Shown: positions 17,796 through 22,117 of the stretch, in pieces
Layout: the number at the start of each line of letters is the position of its first letter
Numbering within the stretch: the stretch's first letter is position 1
Assembly (NCBI GenBank): GCA_051382305.1
Contig: JBBCAV010000108.1
Coordinates: 1-22,117, forward strand
Source: Bdellovibrionota bacterium FG-2
GTDB taxonomy: Bacteria; Bdellovibrionota; UBA1018
Reading direction: 5' to 3'
DNA length: 22,117 bases
Position numbers and translations under genes: made by a program
Notes under the pieces: model-generated
Seen by the model: only the letters and a program-made list of their open reading frames with translations
Database searches by the model: none
Told to the model about the DNA's origin: nothing

Positions 17796-18746
17796 TTAAG
17801 AGTTCTCCTGGGCGATGTACGCTTCAATCGATTTTCGCGCATCTTCTGAAATTTTCTTAAAGCGGCAACTAAATCCGCGTTTGTCCTCAAGCACTCGCAC
17901 GATCTCGGCTTCGGCCACAAACGGTGAAAAGCGCGCGCCCTTTATTGCGCCCACTTCTCCAGCCATGCTCACGTTAAGCCTCACCCGCGCGCCCACAGGT
18001 CCCGGAAGGTGATCAGAAAGCACCTGCATCCCCCCCACACTCACATCTCGGCAAATACCCGGCGCTAGCATTTCTCCATTGGTCATCAGCACACGCGCCA
18101 AAAGTGGGCGCCGAGGAGCCAACCGTCGATCCGCGGGCTTAGCTGCAACCTTTTCTGCTGGCTGCACGATTGCCATCTTCATCTTGGAATTTAGCTTAGA
18201 ATTTATCTTGGGAAAAGCCGGCGCCAAAGCAGGCGCGAAGGGCGGAGGTGCTACAGACTTAGTCTTGAACTCCTGGACGTCTTCCAATCGATTCCACTCA
18301 CTGAGGCCATCTCTCCACACATGCACCCGGGGATGAATTTTCTTAATCGACAAAAGTCTCTGGACTTCGGCCTGTGAAAAAGGACCAAACTGGGAATCGT
18401 TATAAAATAGAAACCAAATCGCAGCCTCTTCGTCAGATTCTACGGATTCTTCCGCCTGCGGAGGACGGGGCGGCGTAGGCGCACGAGGCGGCGCTTTTCG
18501 CACTTCGGGGCGGGAAGCTTTTTTGATTTCTACTTGAACCTCTTTTGTCGGCTCTTCAGGCATTGCCGCTTTAAAAAGCGGCAGATCACAGATTCGCTTC
18601 CATTGCGATTGACCTTGTTTCCAGATGTAGTGTGCAAGCGTGATTTCGTTGGACTCGATTTTCTCCACGACTTCGTTCATTCGAAGAGGCCCAATCCAAC
18701 GCTCACCTTGCGCGATATACCACTGTGGCTTTTCTGAGTTTTCCAT
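17796..18746 (-). CDS. Tandem GYF_2 (DUF4339) domains plus C-terminal PilZ domain
   Basis: Two WY/WF...GP[LF]...........IW/VW..G...W repeats; Pro-rich linkers; PilZ motifs RRLAPRR (RxxxR) and DVSVGG (DxSxxG). Confidence 0.88.
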   Translation of the reverse strand: MENSEKPQWYIAQGERWIGPLRMNEVVEKIESNEITLAHYIWKQGQSQWKRICDLPLFKAAMPEEPTKEVQVEIKKASRPEVRKAPPRAPTPPRPPQAEESVESDEEAAIWFLFYNDSQFGPFSQAEVQRLLSIKKIHPRVHVWRDGLSEWNRLEDVQEFKTKSVAPPPFAPALAPAFPKINSKLNSKMKMAIVQPAEKVAAKPADRRLAPRRPLLARVLMTNGEMLAPGICRDVSVGGMQVLSDHLPGPVGARVRLNVSMAGEVGAIKGARFSPFVAEAEIVRVLEDKRGFSCRFKKISEDARKSIEAYIAQENS

Positions 18747-18887
18747 ATGAAATCAGTGTACGAGGAACCGTCAAAGAAATCGACACTTGATTGCCGCTCA
18801 ATCACATCTGCTCTCAGTCAATAGGACCGCCTCCCTACTAAGGGGCTGATTTCATATGTCTTTATCAAAAATTATCCCCACACGCCC

Positions 18888-18904
18888 TTGGCACCCTGCT
18901 TGCG
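18888..18904 (+). promoter_or_regulatory. Sigma54 (RpoN) -24/-12 promoter
   Basis: TTGGCAC-CCTGC-TTGCG: TGGCAC at 18889-18894, N5, TTGC at 18900-18903, with canonical GG-N10-GC spacing, ~25 nt before the VWA lipoprotein ATG. Confidence 0.75.
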
Positions 18905-18928
18905 ATACAAGAGTTCAGGATGAATCTT

Positions 18929-20140
18929 ATGTTTAGGAAAATATGTAAGCACCACACCTCTCTGAGCCTGACCATCGCACTCGCGGCGCTGGCCACTTCT
19001 TCTGGCTGCGGCAAACAAGCGTTTGTTGTCACCTCAAGCGTTGAGGATCAAAAGTCACCGGGCTTCTTTACGATCGCCCCCAAAGTAGATTTCCTGCTTA
19101 TCGAAGACGACACGGGCTCCATGCACGAACCTTTAGCCAATATTCAAGCCGAAATGCCTCCGTTCCTTACAGGCCTTGAAGCCAAGGGATGGAACACCCA
19201 TTTTGCAACGATTCCTTTGACCACGCCTCGAGCCATTACCCAAGTCATGGCCTCCAAACATGATGGCAATTGGGGCAGTGCTTGGATCAGCCCATATCCC
19301 GGATCAACGATGAGTGACCCAGGAACCCTTCTTTCTTCCGTATTTCGCACCTCTGACCAATACGACCAGTTTATTACACAAGACACGATCACCAAAAATT
19401 CAGGCCAAGAAGAAGCCTTCAAGAATATTGCAGCTCAATTAAAAGATCCTTCTCTCACCGACACAAGCTTCCTTCGAGACGACGCGCTCTTTGTCATGAT
19501 CGTGCTTGGCAATGGTGACGACACCTCTGATGTAGCCATGTGTACTCGAAGCGATGGATTTAAAGGTCCGTGTGAACTCGTGGGTTTTCCTGACCAGGGA
19601 ACGCTTCAAACTAGTTTTGATCATTACAAGGGCGAGATCGCCAAAGCCAAATCATCAGCAGAGCAGCTAAAATTGTTCTCCATCGTGTCAGCCAATAAAA
19701 CATCAAACTGCGCGGGTGGCTACGCCTATGCCGGTCTTCGCTACATGCAAATGGCCAAAGACTTGGGCGGCGTAAGCTACGATGTTTGCAGTGTGCCGAT
19801 GAAAGCCATCTTACAATCCCTGGCTTCCCAGCTTCAAGTGACACGAGTCGCCTTCCAAACACGCTACCTGCTCTTAGCCAGCGAACCAAATCCCGCAACG
19901 ATTGAAGTGAAAAAGAACATCGCTGGTAGCGCCGACAACTCTGTGATTATCGCCCAGGACGTGAGCAACGGTTGGACCTACAAAGGCCGGATCTCAAACG
20001 AAGCGACGATCGATTATCCGATTCCGATGAACGAAGCCTCAGGCTTTGCCATTGAACTCCACGGCGATGCAAAACTCCACGGAGACGACACGGCTTCCGT
20101 GACGTTTAAGCCCGTGGGCGCGGAGAATTCGGCGAAGTAG
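18929..20140 (+). CDS. Lipoprotein with VWA-like (MIDAS-type) domain
   Basis: Lipobox-like TSSG-C; VDFLLIEDDTGSM (DxSxS-like), FLRDDALFVMIVLGNGDD, several Cys, beta-rich C-terminus (GWTY). ATG 18929 has an AGGA SD; the ORF track starts at 18920. Confidence 0.75.
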   Translation: MFRKICKHHTSLSLTIALAALATSSGCGKQAFVVTSSVEDQKSPGFFTIAPKVDFLLIEDDTGSMHEPLANIQAEMPPFLTGLEAKGWNTHFATIPLTTPRAITQVMASKHDGNWGSAWISPYPGSTMSDPGTLLSSVFRTSDQYDQFITQDTITKNSGQEEAFKNIAAQLKDPSLTDTSFLRDDALFVMIVLGNGDDTSDVAMCTRSDGFKGPCELVGFPDQGTLQTSFDHYKGEIAKAKSSAEQLKLFSIVSANKTSNCAGGYAYAGLRYMQMAKDLGGVSYDVCSVPMKAILQSLASQLQVTRVAFQTRYLLLASEPNPATIEVKKNIAGSADNSVIIAQDVSNGWTYKGRISNEATIDYPIPMNEASGFAIELHGDAKLHGDDTASVTFKPVGAENSAK

Positions 20141-20227
20141 CTCATTCCTTCACCGTCAAAATGCTGCCACTCAATCAAGTGGTCTTTCTTTGCACACTCT
20201 GAACAAAGCAGGCTAAGCTAGTATGCA

Positions 20228-20833
20228 GTGATGGTGACTTATTTGTTTCATCGACCTACGGGACCAGCCATAGCTCTAGGCATTGGGCTGTCACTGTGTA
20301 CTCCGGGGCGAGCCACTGAAATAGCGAGCCCAGAGTGCGATTGCGATCAAACCGTTGTGGTGCCCTACGCAGACCTCATTTCCTTAAACACACAACTCCA
20401 CACAGTGCGCACCCAAGACTCGATGCAAACCTTCACACTGACTCCCTCTGAATGGGAAGCCTATCGACTTTAGCAGGAGGCACAAAAACTTGAAGGAGCC
20501 CTCACGAAGAAAGTCTGTCGCAAGAAAAGGAGGTTTGAAACCTCTGTCGTTATTCGAGAATTCTCAACCCCCCAAAAGCCTCTTTATGAAATGCTGAATC
20601 CCCCTTTAAATACCGCTCAGCCGTCATCCGTCTATCAATACAATATTTCTATTCACTACATTCAATGCATGCAGAACAACTTGAACGCGTCCTGGCAGCA
20701 ATGGCAGTCCTATGATGCCACTCATGCAGGTGATCCCAACGAAAAAATGAAGGCTTTTCAGACTCAATATATCGAACCTCATTGCAAGACCGCGAGGCAA
20801 CCCAGGCCCTCAAATAGCGTTTGTAAATTATAG
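20228..20833 (+). pseudogene. Putative secreted protein (~201 codons) interrupted by one in-frame TAG
   Basis: ORFs 20228-20473 and 20591-20833 share a frame. The 39 codons between TAG (20471-20473) and ATG 20591 are open (QEAQKLEGALTKKVCRKKRRFETSVVIREFSTPQKPLYE). The N-terminus is signal-like. Confidence 0.6.
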
Positions 20834-20984
20834 ATTAAGTTTTGGCTTGTTTATAAATTTATTTGTCCTAACGAAACAACTCGTGGCGTCATATATCTCC
20901 ACCTGCCAGAGTGGAACGCCGAAGGAAGCGGGCCGCACCTGAAAAACCAGGGGTTTTGCGTTGGCAGATAACACTAAAGATTAC

Positions 20985-21013
20985 TTGACTGAATTGATTC
21001 GATATTGTAAATA
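20985..21013 (+). promoter_or_regulatory. Possible sigma70 promoter of the secreted protein gene
   Basis: TTGACT-N17-TAAATA, 30 nt before ATG 21044, which has a GGAG SD. The -10 match is imperfect. Confidence 0.3.
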
Positions 21014-21043
21014 ACTCTACGCGGCTCAGATGGAGAACGTAAA

Positions 21044-21760
21044 ATGGATCCCAAAAACCTTATTTCGAACTCAGTTGCGAGTCTTGCCCTTATCACTCTA
21101 CTCTCGTCTGCCCCCACCCTTGCAGGGAACAACACCTTGAGTGGCAAAATGCTTAAACCCCAAAAAAAACTAACAGCCCCCAAGAAACTACCTTCTACTT
21201 CCAGAGGTGGCGAAACCGGAGGCGGCGGGGACGCTTTCATTTGCGGCGATCGAGTGTTTCTCGCCGACACTTACAAGATCATCAACGAAACTGAACGTTC
21301 GCGTTGGCAAAACTTCGACCCCAACTCTGAAACTATGAACGCCTCCTCGGTCATGGCCGTCGCACTAAAAAGCATGAGGGGCTCCAACCCTGAGCTCAGC
21401 AAAAAGCTTGCAGCCTATTACGCCGAATTCAAATTTGTTGTTGTCAAAGAACTCGAAGAGCTCGATGACGACGGGATTCGTGAAATCCCCAAAGGTTGTG
21501 AAAAGACGCAGCTTGCCGTTCAAGATCTCGAGACCGGAGTCATCCGTTATCGTGAAGACTTGTATCAGAATCTTTCCACCTTGGAGCAGGGCCTTTTTAG
21601 GCTTCACGAAGCGTTTATCAAGAATAAAACTTCTGAAGAACTCCGAGGGAAGGACACCACTGAAGTAAGAAAACATGTCGATCAAATAGCACGAGGCGCA
21701 GACGGGGGCTGGTTTATGTACCTTGTCGAACGTCTCGCCAAAGGAGAATCAAAATTTTAA
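21044..21760 (+). CDS. Secreted hypothetical protein with GGETGGGGD motif
   Basis: Signal peptide (...LALITLLSSAPTLA), GGETGGGGDAFIC, GC...QLAVQ, L.LHEA; GGAG SD. Confidence 0.8.
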   Translation: MDPKNLISNSVASLALITLLSSAPTLAGNNTLSGKMLKPQKKLTAPKKLPSTSRGGETGGGGDAFICGDRVFLADTYKIINETERSRWQNFDPNSETMNASSVMAVALKSMRGSNPELSKKLAAYYAEFKFVVVKELEELDDDGIREIPKGCEKTQLAVQDLETGVIRYREDLYQNLSTLEQGLFRLHEAFIKNKTSEELRGKDTTEVRKHVDQIARGADGGWFMYLVERLAKGESKF

Positions 21761-21992
21761 AATGGCGTGACCACGGATTCGATCAACGCTGAGTTTGGAG
21801 TTCAATTCAGCGACACTTGCGAACTCATGCCTGAAGTCCATGATGAAAGCACGCTGTCAATCAGTGACGATGATTGGGATCTCTTTGCCCAAACTCCGTC
21901 GAAACGCCAGCAACGGTGCTTGATTGCCACAACTGGAATTTCCCCACTCACCCTCTCCAAATACTCGGGCACCCATAAAGGAGATTGGCTTA

Positions 21993-22117
21993 AGGAACTG
22001 TAACAAAATAACTGAGTGATTTCACAGTAAACATAGTGTACCGTTTTTTCTGTGAACATCCGTGGTCTTCGTCAGAAGTACCGGGCTATCGCGCCTGCGT
22101 TGAACGAACGCAGCCGA
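21993..22117 (+). mobile_element. Left end of an ISAzo13-like insertion sequence with the transposase N-terminus, cut by the window edge
   Basis: GTG 22052 opens VNIRGLRQKYRAIAPALNERSR, resembling the ISAzo13 transposase start (R.KY..L.P.L[ND]ER.RR). Candidate terminal IR AGGAACTGTAACAAAATAAC from about 21993. Confidence 0.7.

Noticed and set aside
17795-17920. N-terminal extension of the hydrolase ORF
   Set aside because: Overlaps the PilZ domain coding region; ATG 17794 follows the upstream stop directly.
20166-20191. GCCACT-CAATCA-AGTGGT followed by TCTTTCTTT-like tail as an intrinsic terminator
   Set aside because: Weak 5-6 bp stem with an interrupted U-tract. Possible, but not supportable as a feature, and it overlaps the repeated motif reported above.
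21761-22059. ORFs 21767-22003 (+) and 21802-22059 (-)
   Set aside because: Both run across the putative IS boundary and lack recognisable motifs. At best they are decayed gene debris.
1-22117. CRISPR array, rRNA, tRNA, prophage or defence operon
   Set aside because: No regularly spaced repeats, RNA-gene signatures, cas, phage or recognisable defence genes seen by eye.

Overview
A ~50% GC bacterial chromosomal segment. Gene content (GYF-PilZ protein, VWA-type lipoprotein, 'GGxxGGGG' secreted orphan, this style of Y1/HUH protein) suggests a Bdellovibrionota/Oligoflexia-like predator; this is inference. The backbone is housekeeping: hemH, greB, a NitT/TauT-like ABC permease and ATPase, an MFS transporter, hldD, rpsT, holA, lptE, a DciA/DUF721 protein, an MlaF-like ATPase, nadB, pyrE and a lysophospholipase. 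Accessory or unusual parts: (1) an islet between nadB and pyrE holding a 5'-truncated HicB-type antitoxin missed by the ORF track, a small secreted Cys protein with an 11-C tract in its putative promoter, and a solo HUH/Y1 (RAYT/IS200-like) nuclease bracketed by short palindromes; (2) two signalling-like modules, Cache-GAF membrane protein + orphan MlaF + GYF-like membrane protein, and GYF-GYF-PilZ divergent from a sigma54-preceded VWA lipoprotein; (3) a secreted-protein gene split by one in-frame TAG; (4) the start of an ISAzo13-like element at the right edge, and a possible insertion junction at the left edge. No rRNA, tRNA or CRISPR array was seen. All family calls come from motif recognition by eye, not database searches.
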